A model generated the notes under the pieces. The model worked only from the letters and a program-made list of their open reading frames with translations, was not told the DNA's origin and made no database searches. From assembly GCA_038496445.1 (NCBI GenBank), contig JALMLS010000637.1, positions 62,001 to 126,000 on the forward strand: 64,000 nucleotides of DNA, given 5' to 3'. Position numbers and translations under genes: made by a program. The DNA is from Trichosphaerium sp. ATCC 40318 (taxonomy: Eukaryota; Protista; Tubulinea). Position 1 is the stretch's first letter. Every line of letters begins with the position of its first letter. Below are positions 37,919-50,960 of the stretch, piece by piece.

Positions 37919-39180
37919 TTAAACAGACCAGGTTGTAGCTTTATCTGGATTTTCTTCTTCCTCATTATGCGCTAAATTGAGAAATTGTTGAATCTTTTCT
38001 GTCAAGCGTTCGAATACGTGACTGTGCTCTTTGTAAAATTCGTGAAATTCCTCTCTACTAAGTGTACTACCAGAGGTTGTCTGTGAAAGAACTGTGCGTG
38101 CCTACAATAATAGGAAGTAAGCACGTGATGTAATGTTGTTGTTACAAAAAAACTAATTCACCATTTCTTTGCTTAGCTCATTGAAAGCTTGCTCAATCCC
38201 TCGTGTACGAAGTTCCTCTGGAAAATCTTCGCTACCTCCTTCACGTTCTATTTGCAATAGTACATTCTTCATAGAGATTAAAGCTTTTCTTAGGAACACT
38301 GTTAGTGATAAGAGGCAACTAAATGACATACTCGAAAAAGTCTTCTAACTCTCTAAGTGTGATAAGGTTGTTGTTGTTTTTGTCGATAGCCTTATTTGAA
38401 TATTAGTAACAGCCTTAGATAGTATGAAGCAACCTTGAAGCATAGTTCAGCACGCATATCTATTGTTCCTTGGGCTAGCACCGCAAAAGATGACACAAAC
38501 TCTTGCAAGTCTAGAAAAAAAGGCAACAATCAGCTTTACTTTTGGTAAAAATATTTGTTTGCGTACTTATGAATCCAGTCTTGTCCCTATCAAATAATAA
38601 AAACAATTCTTCAATACATTTTTCATCACTAAAGAGAGGAATCGCCTAATTTTATGAGCTACAAATTGATTTTCATTTGAACGTTGTTCGTTTTATTTTT
38701 TTTCGGAAAATATTACCTCCAAATCGTCCTCCATTTCATCAAAAACTTCACTGACAGCGTTTAGGATCACTTGAAACATAAATAAAACACTTTTCGGTTA
38801 CCTGATGATGATATCGAACTTATCCTTTGTAATACTCCCTTCAACATTATAAACACAAAGAAAAACCAAAATTATCACGTGCCCAGCTTTTGTTCATGCT
38901 TTTGGAATATTTCTACAAAACAATGTTAAAAGGAACTATCGTGTACCTTTCTTATCAAATAGAGCGTACCAATGAGTCTATCAACCTTTTCAGTTGGTAA
39001 TATTTGTTTTGCGTATGAAATCGTCCTCCTGATGTCTGATGACATTAAACCCTTTCTAGCTCGTCTTTTCTTTGCTTTGAGCTTCTTTTCTTCAATTTCT
39101 TTCTTACTCTCCCGTGCAAGCAGTTGTGCACTCTCTGTTTTTTCTTGTATACCTGCTTGATTAGACCCACAGCAACCCAT
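37919..39180 (-). CDS. N-acylated EF-hand calcium sensor (NCS/calcineurin B-like), multi-exon
   Basis: MGCCGS myristoylation/palmitoylation-type N-terminus. EF-hand loops FDRDKTGFI..LQEF and IDKNNNNLITLREL separated by GTIDMRAELCFK. Confidence 0.85.
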
Positions 39181-40599
39181 GTCGTTTCGATAACAGTATT
39201 TTTAACTTATCAAGAGGGTTCAATAAAAGTCATGTGCGACGCACCAAACGTTGCTGGCTGCTTTGGGCCTCACCAATGCCAAACAAATACGTGCACCAAA
39301 AGTTGTTCTTGTATTGGTTCGGTGGCTTTGACTCTGCGTCGTCTTGGCGTGAAATCTATACTAAGCGTTTAATAGCTACGTCAGAGACAAGTTGATTGAG
39401 GTTGGTACCGGTCGCAAAAACGTGGCTTGGTTGGATTTTGCTTCAAGCTGCGTGTGCGGTGTTGTAGTTACTACCAATACGTAATATAACGTATTTTCAT
39501 TGTTTTGAGAAGTCTATCAACAACGTATTCTGGGTTTGTTCGCTTGTAGTCGTTCTACAAGCTCTATAATAAACGTATTGCCACATACGCGCATACTAAT
39601 AGGTAGTGTGCCTGAAACATGGTTTTACAAACTTGAATCTTTTTATGCCTACACTCCATTTTGCGCTGGTATCGTCTGGACGTTATTGTGTCAATACCAC
39701 AAGAGCCAGTAAAGTGATTTTGGGAAGCTGGCTCGATATAATTGTTGGTACGGGATTGAATCTTTGTATGTTTCTCCCTCCATGGATAATGAACGTGTTA
39801 CGCATGGAAACATGATTGCCAGTGGTGGAAAACCACTTCTACGTGTTTTCCGAAACGTTTTTTTGGAACAAAAAAGGAATTGTCTTTACATCGTTCTAAA
39901 CTTCTTGTATGTGTTTTCTAGGCGTACTAAATACTAAAAACATGACTTTTGAGATTATATAGCTATTTTGAGGGTTTTTACAGTATTTTACAAATTACTC
40001 AGCACAAGTTTTCCAATTTGAAAAGTAGTCGCTTGTCAGTTACTCCTATAGGCAAGGCTATGCTGTGGGAGGTTTTAGTGTAAACTGTATATTACTATGC
40101 TCAATGCAAACCAATTTGAAACAAAATGAGTACCAATCGGATCACCAGAGGCAGGGCTACAGGTATGCTTAGGTCCCACAATTTTTTTTTGTGTTGGTTT
40201 TAGGTGTACAAAGAAAATGAGTATATCGTGTTATCGTATTTGTAAAAAAGTACCATGAGCACTTATCATGTAAAAATTCTGAACTGATCTCAATACCTAA
40301 ATTCTGTCTTGGATGCTCCAAAGCTATGTAATGACCCTGAAATAAATAACTGACAAAGAAAGTAACCTGGTAGCCATATCTTTTGTAAAAACTCATTGCT
40401 TGGATACCTCAATGTAACCTGTGAATTGTACTGTGTATCAACGTCATGTGATTGGAAAAAGGAGCGATGGCACGTGCAATTTCGTTGCTATGGAAAGTAA
40501 GAAAATTATGAGAATTGTTTTGGTGTACATGATTTGAATAACGGCACTTGAGCGAGGAATTGTTACAAGGAAGATACGTCACGGAACAAGCGTTTTTAT

Positions 40600-40930
40600 G
40601 ATGGAGCTAGAAGCAATTTATGTATAAACAAGGTATGGCATGGAGAACAAGTATTGGTGCACCGCTACTCGCCAACCGGGGCAGCAAAGCCGTTATATAG
40701 ATGGTAAACTAGAAGGAGTAGACAAATGTTGGTATTACGATGGACAAATGGAAGACCAAAGCCATTTTGCAAATGGTGAACTGGTATACTGAAGGCCAAG
40801 TAATAGAGAAAATCGAGTATGAGCGGTAAGCAGCAAATGGCATGAAAAGCGGTCAAATCAAAATTCAAACTAAATTTATAGACAACAAGATGAATGGACG
40901 GTACAGAGTGGCACCCAAACAGATGGTTAA
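40600..40930 (+). pseudogene. Decayed MORN2/YwqK-repeat gene
   Basis: QQSRYIDGKLEGVDKCWYYDGQMEDQSHFANGE, then further frameshifted units (WYTEGQVIEK; SGQIKIQTKFIDNKMNG). Confidence 0.8.
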
Positions 40931-41019
40931 GACACGCAAAATCTGTAACACAAATAAAAATCTCAGTTACAGAACTGCTATTTTTTAGTACCCCTTTAGT
41001 ATGTACGAAATTGGTTTAG

Positions 41020-41135
41020 TATGAACGCCTGCAAGTGCTTTGAGTCCGTTATCTGTCACCAATGTGGAAGTAATATCAATTTTGTGTACACCTTTCAATG
41101 CCTTGATACCGTAATCTGTAATTGAAGTATAACGA
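41020..41135 (-). pseudogene. Isolated LRR fragment of the F-box-LRR family
   Basis: SITDYGIKALKGVHKIDITSTLVTDNGLKALAGVHT, very similar to units at about 6400-6510. Only about 1.5 repeats, with unrelated flanks. Confidence 0.8.
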
Positions 41136-41713
41136 TAAAGGCAAATAGAATGACAATACCTACTCCATTTTACCTCCGAAGATACAAAAAACACTTGTCT
41201 TTTTTGACTTCGATTTTGTTTTCACTTCTCTGCTGTGAACTTACCGGTAAAGCTATTACGTAACCTCATCCCTAAACAACATATTTTGAAAGTAATCCAA
41301 CAACACTAAAACAAACAAAGTATAGCCAAGTCATACGAAAAAATGTGTTCTTCCTAAATCGGACTAATCTAGACATTTATCCGACTTACGCTAAGTATCT
41401 TTAACGTAATTAAAAGTACGGAAGTTAACATTCATGTGCGAGAACTTCCACCGAAAAAGTATATCTGATTGCACTGCTTGAAAACTTGATGAGCTCATTG
41501 TAACAATGAACGTAGCTTCCGATTTGGTATACAGTGAATAGACAATGAGAAATTGGTAAAAGTTGAAGAAACTCCGTTTAAATTACTTCAATACAATTGT
41601 ACTGAGTTAAAGAAAAGGCATAACTTACTGTTCGAGGATTACAATAAAGTTCAAAGAAATGTTGACTTAATCTTGACAACATACAAGTTTAGTTCGTAAT
41701 CTCACTTGTCGTC

Positions 41714-44700
41714 ATGGCATCTGGTAAACCATTACTAGAAAGGAAGATAAAAGAGTATGAGGAGAAGATAGAAGATGCGCTAGGGAAGCGTCTGAACATA
41801 GTTATTGATTTTAGCTTCGAAGCTTCCGGTGTAAGTCTTCTAAGTCTGTTTTTACCGTACAGAGATGTTAACTTCGGTATTTAGGGCGGAGACAACTTGT
41901 TGTATGATCAAGTATGGAAGAATCATTTATCTAAGATTCTAGTGAACGGGTACGCGTCAAATAGACAATAACCGCGGTTATATCAAGTTTTAAACCGATT
42001 TGTATTTTTTGGTTGTACCTAAACCGTTAAAATCGTCTAATATTTGCCCAAGACTCATTCCTAAATGGACGAGGACCGGTGGAGAGCCTTGGAAGAAGTT
42101 TTGTATAGAGAGCTTCGATACAATCGTTTTTGGCTATGACACAACAAACAGCATTAAAGAGTACGCAGTGATTAGATTTAAAGCGCTTCTAACTCTTTAG
42201 GAATAGTACGCTGCATTAGGAATAAGTATTCCCGCATGCGAGCATTTTGTTTCCTTTTTGAGAATTGTTTTCAACCTTTTCCGGTTTTGTTTTCTGTTGA
42301 TCTTACTTTTATGTTTTAGGAGCTGTAAGTTTACTATTGAGATTAAAAACAGATGTTTGGTTGTTTACGTAAATGCTAAAGATGTAAAGGTCTTAACTCG
42401 TGAACATTGTGATAAAATGGGTACCAGCCTCCTTTTTTTTTGTTTCTCTTTTTTCTGCGAAAACGATTGAGATAATCAGGTTACTTACTTGAATATTTAG
42501 AAGCTTTATTTGGCTTACCATTAAGATTATGTACGTGATACAAAATTTATATTAGGCGGTTTGCTATTGGGGGGTATTAAGTGATAAACTTTAAAAATTA
42601 GTTCTTTGCACTTTTTTTTTCTGACTTTTTTTCTTGGTTAGTTGCCTTGGATCTACCAGACCAATTAAAAACATGGGAAGATAAGTATGAAGAACTCGTT
42701 GGTGTCAGAGTACGAAATGAATTCATCAAATGTTGTGTTGTTTCGAGAGAGCCATCTGAACTTACTTATTTTCTTTTTCATTGCAGATTCCTTTGGTTGT
42801 TGACTTGAACAGTTTCGGAAACCACAAAAACTTTACATCCTTAAAAATTAAAGACCAGCGTGATTATCTTGACAGTATACTATCAAAACACTTACCTGGC
42901 ATAATCAGTAAGAACTACAGGTAACGTTTTGGATTATATTTAATGACACCAATCTTCTTGAATTCACGTGTTTTCTTGTTTAGTATTGGACAGATGGCTG
43001 CAAAAAAGGGTAACGATTCCTTTAAAGAACTAGTACAAAAGAAAGTCACACAAATTATCTTCAAGTATGATCCTGAGAATACCTTAAAGAAGTACGTGCT
43101 TCATGTCATACTTACATATTCATAAAAAAAAAGACGATGTTCGTTTATTGCTCACATAAAAATAGGTGGTGGAGTTTAGACTATCAAAATGGCCCTATGG
43201 TAGTAACAGTAAATTTGAAAGATGCTAAAAATGCTGTCCGTGACTTTACTGATACACTTGGTGAGCATTTTCTTAAATTATTCGGTTTTTTGTAACACTA
43301 ATTCGTAATTTCTTTCAAGACAACGTATTCTGCACAAAGGAATTAGAGTATACCTCAAACTGTGAAAATGGCCTAAAAGATCTTGAATCATTGATGGAAG
43401 AAGGCATTGGAAAGAGAGTACCTATTGACGTACGACGACCGACAAAAGTCCTCTCTGGTTTTTTCTTACCTTCTTTGATAGGTTGATTGGTCTTTTATTA
43501 CTTCTGAGAAGTACCTAAAAGTAGCTTCTCATATGAGAGAGAGGTATTTTAACGGTATCAACAATAATAAACGTGGTATTCTTGCAAACATACTCACAAC
43601 TGGATCAGAATCGTAAGTTTTTTTTTTCATTTTCATTGTCTAAGTTGGTATTAACTGTTCTTTTTACAAAAGGCTATGTGGAGCATCTAAAAAGGATGGA
43701 GCACTTAAATCAGCTGCGCCAAAGATCAACCAAATAGTGTATAAAGTACATCCAGAGAATAATGTCAAAGATTCTGACCATTTCACGTTGCAAATCAACA
43801 ATAATGGTGTAGTCCTTATATCTGCGAACTATGAGTACGTGCAGCTTTGTTAATTAATTTAATTATCCCTCTTATCACTGTTATTTATCCCTTTGACTAA
43901 TCATTACATTACAGCCGATGCAGAGGAAGCTATGCTGCAAATAAGTGGAAACAAATCTTGATTGAAAAATCGCCATCAAACTTCTCTGTAACACCAGGTT
44001 TGCCTGCGGCAATAAAGGCTCTCGTAGGAGGTAAAGTACGTATTAAGGAGCACATATTTTAGCAAGTTGATTAACATTTTATTAGGCTTCTGGACCTATT
44101 TCAGTAGCACCTTTCGCTCCTTCACCAATTAATGGTGATCCTTCGTATGCTCCTCCTGGTGAGTCAGCGCGTCCACCTAGAGCAACGCCAACTCCAACAC
44201 CTACACCAAAAGCAGCTCCTGTTGCTAGAAGGACAAATGTAGTTTCTCCTAGAGGTCCTAAGAAAGTACCACTTAGAAGTCCAAAGAGAGCAGGTTCTAA
44301 AAAGGCTTTTCGAAAATTTGGTGGCAAGAAAGGAAAATTTGGCGGCAAGAAAGGAAAATTCGGTGGCAAGAAAGGCAAGTTCGGTCCTAAGAAGAGGTTT
44401 GGCAAGTTTGGCGGAAAACGAGGAAAGTTTGGTCCAAAGAAGACTGGAGGTTTATCTCCAAGAGGTCCTAAAAAAATGCCATTTAGAGGCGTTAAAAAGA
44501 CAGGATTTGGTCCAAAGAAACGTTTTGGTGGCAACACAAAAGCACCAAGTGCTTCGAAGCCAACTCCTCAAAAGTCCATGGGATCAGGACCTGCTAGTCC
44601 ATCTATTCCTTCATCTGCATCTGTATATAAAACAGCGTTGAGTAATATTGAGAAAATGAACAAGTGTATATTCGAAGCTGTTGGAAAATCCATTTGTGTC

Positions 44701-47700
44701 AACTTGGATTGGAGTATGCTATCTGCTTCAGAGATAAACAATCACGTGCGAAAAATTGATTTCATTTACTCTCTTTTGTTAATTGTTTATCTATAGCGCG
44801 ATCCTAATGACAGGATAATGACAAGGTTCTCTGGAATACATACGACCTCAATGTTTGCAAAAGGGTGCGTTTGATATTTGATTTATTGATGATCTTTCTT
44901 TACTTACTGAACTTTGTAGATTTTTTGCTGCAGCAAAAACTGATTCTGTTTTACGTGATACTTTAATAGAGAGAGTTGATACTATTACCTTTGGAATAGA
45001 TTTAACAGATGGTGTCGATGATAAGAAATATGGTTATTCTTCTAAATTCTACAAAGTTGAACTTAACGGCAAAGGTAAAGTTCTTTCATCGAACAGCTTT
45101 TTTTTTATTGTACGCTTACTGAGTACGCTTACTGAGTATGTAGCTTTAAAAATTGTTCAAAACTTGAATAATTATATGGATGAATTAAGAGGGTTTGAAT
45201 TGAAGTTTGATGATGTCTTTAAAATTAAAGCACAACAAGTACGCACAAGAAAATAACGAGAAAGAACAAAGAGTTGTTTCAGTGTTTTCTAATCCCTACC
45301 TCTAGGCGAGAGCGAAGTCTTTAGAGAATCGTAAAAAGACTATGCCAGAGTACAACAAGAATATGGAAAAGGTGAAACAAGGAGGTGTTCCTATTGAATA
45401 TATCTATGAGCCATGGATACGTGATGAAAAGTTTTTGGAAAAGGATAAAAAGGAGCTGGGAAGATTTTTCGAAAGCTACCTTGAAAAACAACATGTGAGG
45501 ATTTCTAAAGCCCTAGCTAAACTAGCTGAAGATCCAATAAAGAAGAAAGCACTCCAGAAGGTACAATGAGAATGAAAATGGAAGATAGAAACGCTAACAC
45601 CTTTTAAAGATTAAAAAACTTCGATTGAACTTTAATACGCACAACAAGAACAAATGTGAATACGGCATGAGAAGCGCAAACTTTTTCATTCTTACACTTC
45701 TTCCTGTACGCAAAAACCGTGCCTTTGGGTATATTCTAAAGTAGTAACAATTCATTAAAGGACGGCGTGTTGAGTTGGGATGCAAACATAAGATGCTGCT
45801 CTGACGACTTTTCGTTATCACTGCTAGAAAAACTTGATCCTTTCTTAAGCACACGTGTTGAAGAAGGTCAACGCGAAGTTCAAGAAAAACTAGATGTATT
45901 GAATGCTAAGATTGAGAAAGCTTTGGGTAGAGTACGTCCTTTTAAAAGCACAAGACAAAACAAAACGAAACTCTAGTTTTATTGTTGTTAACTTTTTTTA
46001 AAGCCGATGCCTATTGAGTTTGACTTCAGTTTCACTGAGTCTAAAGAGTTCATGGGCAAAAGTTTCAAAATGCAGAGTACTATTATGAGTTGGCTTCCAA
46101 GTTTGATCAGACCTGTGTTCGATGGTGAAGACCACAGGGGCAATCCACTTGGTTTGTCCCAACTTTGGGGTGTTGATGACATTCTAAAGCAAGCATGGGC
46201 AGAACGTGTTGATAAAGTCGTTGTTGGTTTCGATCCTGAAAATAATGTAAACGACACACAACTCGGAAAGCGTACAAAGACATACTACTCAGTGAAATTA
46301 GAGAATCGTGTAATAACCTTCTGGTGTAACATGAAAAATTATGATGATAACTTTATGTTTTGGGATAGAAAACTCGAGGCCATATTCCTCTTGAAGGTAC
46401 TTGAAATCACGTGATAATTATGTTTGTTATTGGCGTTTATATTTTAGCGAAATTTGAGAACTTACTGTACGCGTAGGCTCTTGCAGCTGAGAGAGACAAT
46501 GCCAAGAAACTACTTGAAGAGGTTAAAATATATGCTCCAAAATTTGGCATGTCTGTTCAGCAGCTACCAGTTGCGATTGACTACAGCTTTGCAAGATACC
46601 AAGAATATCATGCAATGTACCCTGACGATCAGTACACCCTTCTCAATGATAACTTCGTCACTGGAAAGCAAGTATTGAAGTGTTTAGATATTGTATTCAA
46701 TGAGAAAAAAGAATACATGACTTTCTTTAAATCTCATGTTAAAGGCATTATCATTAAACGTGACCCAGAAAATAACGTGTATGATAAGATGTTCCAACAG
46801 TATCCAGGAGCAGTGTTGGGTATTAACTCAAACAAACAAATGGAGATACTAGCAAATCTAGAATACAACAGGTGCGGTGATAATAACACGAAATTAATGT
46901 CAAGTTGTTTGTTTGCTTATGTTTGCACAATAGGCTTACTGATTTTGGTCCAAAAATCAAAGTTGCCTTCGACATTGAAAAGGAGAGACTGTACGCCTTT
47001 TATTTAATATTTCAGAGTAGCAAAATAGCTCACGTGCGTTTAGTGCATTCGTAAAAGGAGGTTCTGCATCACAAGCCAACATTCAAAGAATTGTTGGCAA
47101 GAAAGTCCTTGCCGATGTTGATTGGGATGCTTTGGTCTTGGATGTTGACTTTAAGCAATTGGAGAAAGCAGAGCGTTCCAAGCTAATGAAACTAGCTAAT
47201 ACTTCTCTACTTAAAAAAGCAGAAGAAGTCATCGCTAGCCTTGTTAGTCATCCAGACTCAAAGAAGGCCGTTCATCAATATGTTGATAAATTCTTAATTT
47301 CTGTTGGTATCAATGCTAAGAATGAAACAAAGTATGATGCTGATACAAAGACGATGACATTCTGCGCTAAAGTTGATGATCTGAACAATGGCACTATTGA
47401 CATGAACTATTGGCGTGTACTTGCTAACGATTTCATGGGTACGAGAAAACAACTTTCTCGATGATTGTTGTTGTTGGATTGTTTATTTTGTTCATTCTTT
47501 CTCCTCTTCTCTTCTAGTTTTTACATGTTCTTATATTGTTTAGGTATTCTCGTAAGTGGTGGTATGAAGAAAGCTAATGCTTCAATCGAAAAAACAAAGG
47601 CCCAAGGTAATGATTCCGTGGGTTCTTTTTTTCTGACTTTTTTTATGTAGCTATTAAGAACATCGGAAAGAATATCAACGTTAAAGTCAGTTGGGACTTT

Positions 47701-50639
47701 ACAAAGACTAAAGAATTCAAAGCGCTATCATCTGTCACAAAAGACAAGTACATATTCGACATGGACCGCTTAGTTACGTAAGTCTAAAATCTACTACAGC
47801 ATGGAAATCAATCAGTTAACATTTTTTCCTTTTCTATAGTGGAATGGTTCTAAAGGGTTTGGCAGAAACAAGCAAACATCCTCTTGGTAAAAAAGCGATA
47901 CAATCAAAGCTATCAGATGTATGTATTACTCTTACTGTACCTGGTACCTCTGGAGGACCTTCAGACGGTAGCCTTACTGTTTCTGGATCATCTTTGAAAC
48001 TCAATGTTAACCCAAGCAACCTCGATGTACGACATTTGTAAAGTTATGTGACATAGTGACCATTCGTTTAGGCTGCTTTGGCGAGTGACTTTAAAGCCCG
48101 TATTGAATTTGAATATGACCTTATTGTTGCCCTTGCTAAGCATGATGCTCAAAAACGTCATGACGAAGTTGAGAAACAGCTTAAAGCTAAACTCGGCAAA
48201 GCTATTAAAATCGGTACATTAACAAAAACAATCACAAAACTAACTTTTTCTTTTCCACTAGACTGCGACTTTAATGGATTTGTTACAAACTCAGATTTCC
48301 GTGGTATGAAGCCTGCAGACCAGGTTTCAGTTATCACCACTGTGTGGGCTTCCATTCTGGAACGCGGTGTCGCAAGTGAGAAGGTAAGTATTTTGTATTT
48401 CTTTCGTTCTGACAAGTATTATTTAAAGGGATTGTTTGGTATTCTTGAAGTGCCTGTTGGTAAATCTATGGTATCAAAAATGACAGATAGCATCGTGGTA
48501 AAGGTTAATACTAAGAACACAACAAAACAAAAAGAAATAGCTACTCTATCAGGTTAGTAATCAGTTCACCTTTCTTCAACAAACACGTGTTATTTCACAA
48601 GCCGTAGACGTTTTTTGCGTTTATTATTGTTAACACGTATCTATATTATTTATTTAATTCGACACTAAGAAGTGGTTCATGGTAGTGTTTTTTCTCTGCC
48701 ACGTGATGTTTAGAAGGAGAAGTAATTTTTTGTTTTAGGAAAAACACTTGTCTTTACATTGAACTTGAAGGAAGTCATTGACTCTGTTAAACGCGAAGAT
48801 ATTATAGATGTTATTTCCTTCGCTTATGATGTAGTTGTACCTATTGCAAGAAGCATTGGAGATAAATCAATGAAAGCTACTCAACAAGAACTAGCAACGG
48901 TTTTCAGTTCTACAATAAACCTTGTAGTAGACTGGCCTTCTTTTACGAAGAAATCCCAGTTCGTAAGTTTAGCTGCCAATGACCAAAGTAAGGTTATAAG
49001 AACACTTCAAGGCAAGGTAGCCAAAGACCTATTAATGGGACCACAAGCGTACGTTTTATCCAAGAAAGGAAAAATCCAAGTTATGTTTTTGTTGATTCTC
49101 TTCCTTTAGTTTCAGCATTTTGGGAAGTATGCCTAAGACAAGAGCTAAGATTCTTGGTGCTATAAAGAATATCAAGTTTGTTGTATCTGTTGACAATAAA
49201 GTCAGCATGCCATACAAAATTAAGAGCAGCGGATCTGATATGGTTGTTGACATTAACATGTCAGAACTTCTTGCTGATAAGAACCAATATGCTCCTTGTG
49301 GCCAAGTTGTTGAAACTCTTTACAAACTACGACCAACCAGAATAGGTACCTTGATGTGAACTATATCTGTTCTTACTATTGACACTCTATTTAGCTGATA
49401 TTACAGCGCACTGTTCTGCTATTGCTGCTAAAGCAGGAAAGACAATTGGAACGGTATGAAGCTGAAACTTTGAGCCTTCATTTATTATTAATTTGTTTTT
49501 TATTTTATTGTGCTTGCCTCTTATTTTATACCCTTAGAATGTCGAAATTGACTGGTCTTCGCTTACTAGTTCGGGTTTGTTCCAAAGAGCCAAGGGTTTT
49601 GTTCCACCTGGTTCACCTCTAGTTCAAGACGACGAGGGTAATGAATTTGATCAAGAGTCATACTTGGATCTTGTAAGATCTGTTGCTTCTATGCCTGAGA
49701 AGATGTTCATTATTGAACCTGAAGAAGAGTCTGTATACTTTAATCGTAGAAACTGGCGTGTTATTAGGTACTTACTACACAACAACATAACGCAAAAAAC
49801 TGTTGTTTTTCTGGCGTAACAAACTTCTATATTTTTCATTAATGTGTTTTTTCGAAATGTTACTTTATTATTGTTTTACTCGTTATTTAATACTTACACT
49901 TACTACTTAGCCTTGTTGACTTGATGAAGAAAGATAAGAAACTTGCTTCTGAAGTAAAGAAATTGAAGAAGATTGTCTTAACACTTGATCCTTCCAACAA
50001 AGTTGAAACCGAATACGGAAAATGCAAACATCTTTTCCCAACAGAATATGAGATCTCATGCTCTGGAGGCGTAATGACCATTAAAACGTCATTGGAAACT
50101 AGAAGATGGTGCCGTTCTACAGGAAGATCTATGCAATTCATCTTGAACCAAAAGCAAGCTCTGTCAGCCGAAAAGAAAGAAATTGAGAAACTAAGTAAGA
50201 AAAGAAAAACTTGCTTTAATTTTTCCTTTTTCCTCAAAAAAGCACACGTGCTCTTTACTACCAATTATTTAAATAATCACTTACCCCTTCTTTAGTTCAA
50301 ACGTTATACGAAGGAAGAGTTTTTGACCAGACAAGAGAAATGGAGAGATACGAACATGAGCTTGAGATCTACGAAAGAAGAAAGCAAGCTGATATTGACA
50401 AGTATCATGAAGACATGAGAAAGTGGCAAGCAGAAAAGATTGCAAAATGCTCAAGATGTAAAGGTTGTGGCAGAGATGGTTCCAAGAAGTGTCATCCTTG
50501 TGGTGGTACAGGTCTTAAACATGAATACGGTCCATCATTCAAACCTAATATGCCATCAAACACATTTGGTATTAAACCTCGTAAACCAACACAACACCCT
50601 ATTTCAGAATCAGGAATTAGAAATGAAATAATGTACTAA
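41714..50639 (+). CDS. Very large multi-exon protein with about 12 copies of an unrecognised 120-140-aa domain, a Gly/Lys/Phe-rich linker and a C-terminal CxxCxGxG zinc finger
   Basis: ATG at 41714 (MASGKPLLERKIKEYEEKIEDALGKRLNIVIDFSF). Recurrent GKxIxxxVDWSF...F and IxxxxDPENxV motifs throughout, consistent GT-AG introns, and CSRCKGCG...CHPCGGTG near the stop at 50637-50639. Confidence 0.75.
44317..44440 (+). repeat. Coding 21-nt tandem repeat (FGGKKGK)n
   Basis: TTTGGTGGCAAGAAAGGAAAA-type units with synonymous variation, translating FGGKKGKFGGKKGKFGGKKGKFGPKKRFGKFGGKRGKFGPKK. Confidence 0.9.
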
Positions 50640-50769
50640 ATTGTTGGTCTATTTTGTTGGTGAAACAGAAATAAACACCAAACATTTTATCTTATCTTTG
50701 TGTGATAGTATCTAAAGCGATATTTTCCTCTGTGTGTTTGTATTCGAGTTTTACTACAAACTGCCACCA

Positions 50770-50960
50770 GCACAAATTCGCAAATATAAAACGAGAAGGT
50801 GAATTCAAATTTTGGTACGAGAATGGACAACTAAAGGAGCAAGCCATGTGGGTTCATGACAAACAAAATGGCGAATCAAGTGTGGTTTATAAATGGCCGA
50901 CCTAAAACACAAAGCATGTGGGTTGATTGCAAACAAACTGGAAAATTCCAACTGGTGTAT
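50770..50960 (+). pseudogene. Decayed MORN2/YwqK-repeat fragment
   Basis: KREGEFKFWYENGQLKEQAMWVHDKQNGES, then a frameshift into WFINGRPKTQSMWVDCKQTGKF. Confidence 0.8.

Noticed and set aside
44082-44537. Minus-strand Pro/Phe-rich 151-aa ORF (FLPPNFP repeats)
   Set aside because: Antisense shadow of the FGGKKGK tract. Splice signals and flanking exons support the plus strand.
45110-45140. Short tandem duplication GTACGCTTACTGA in an intron
   Set aside because: Ordinary slippage duplication with no evident functional consequence.
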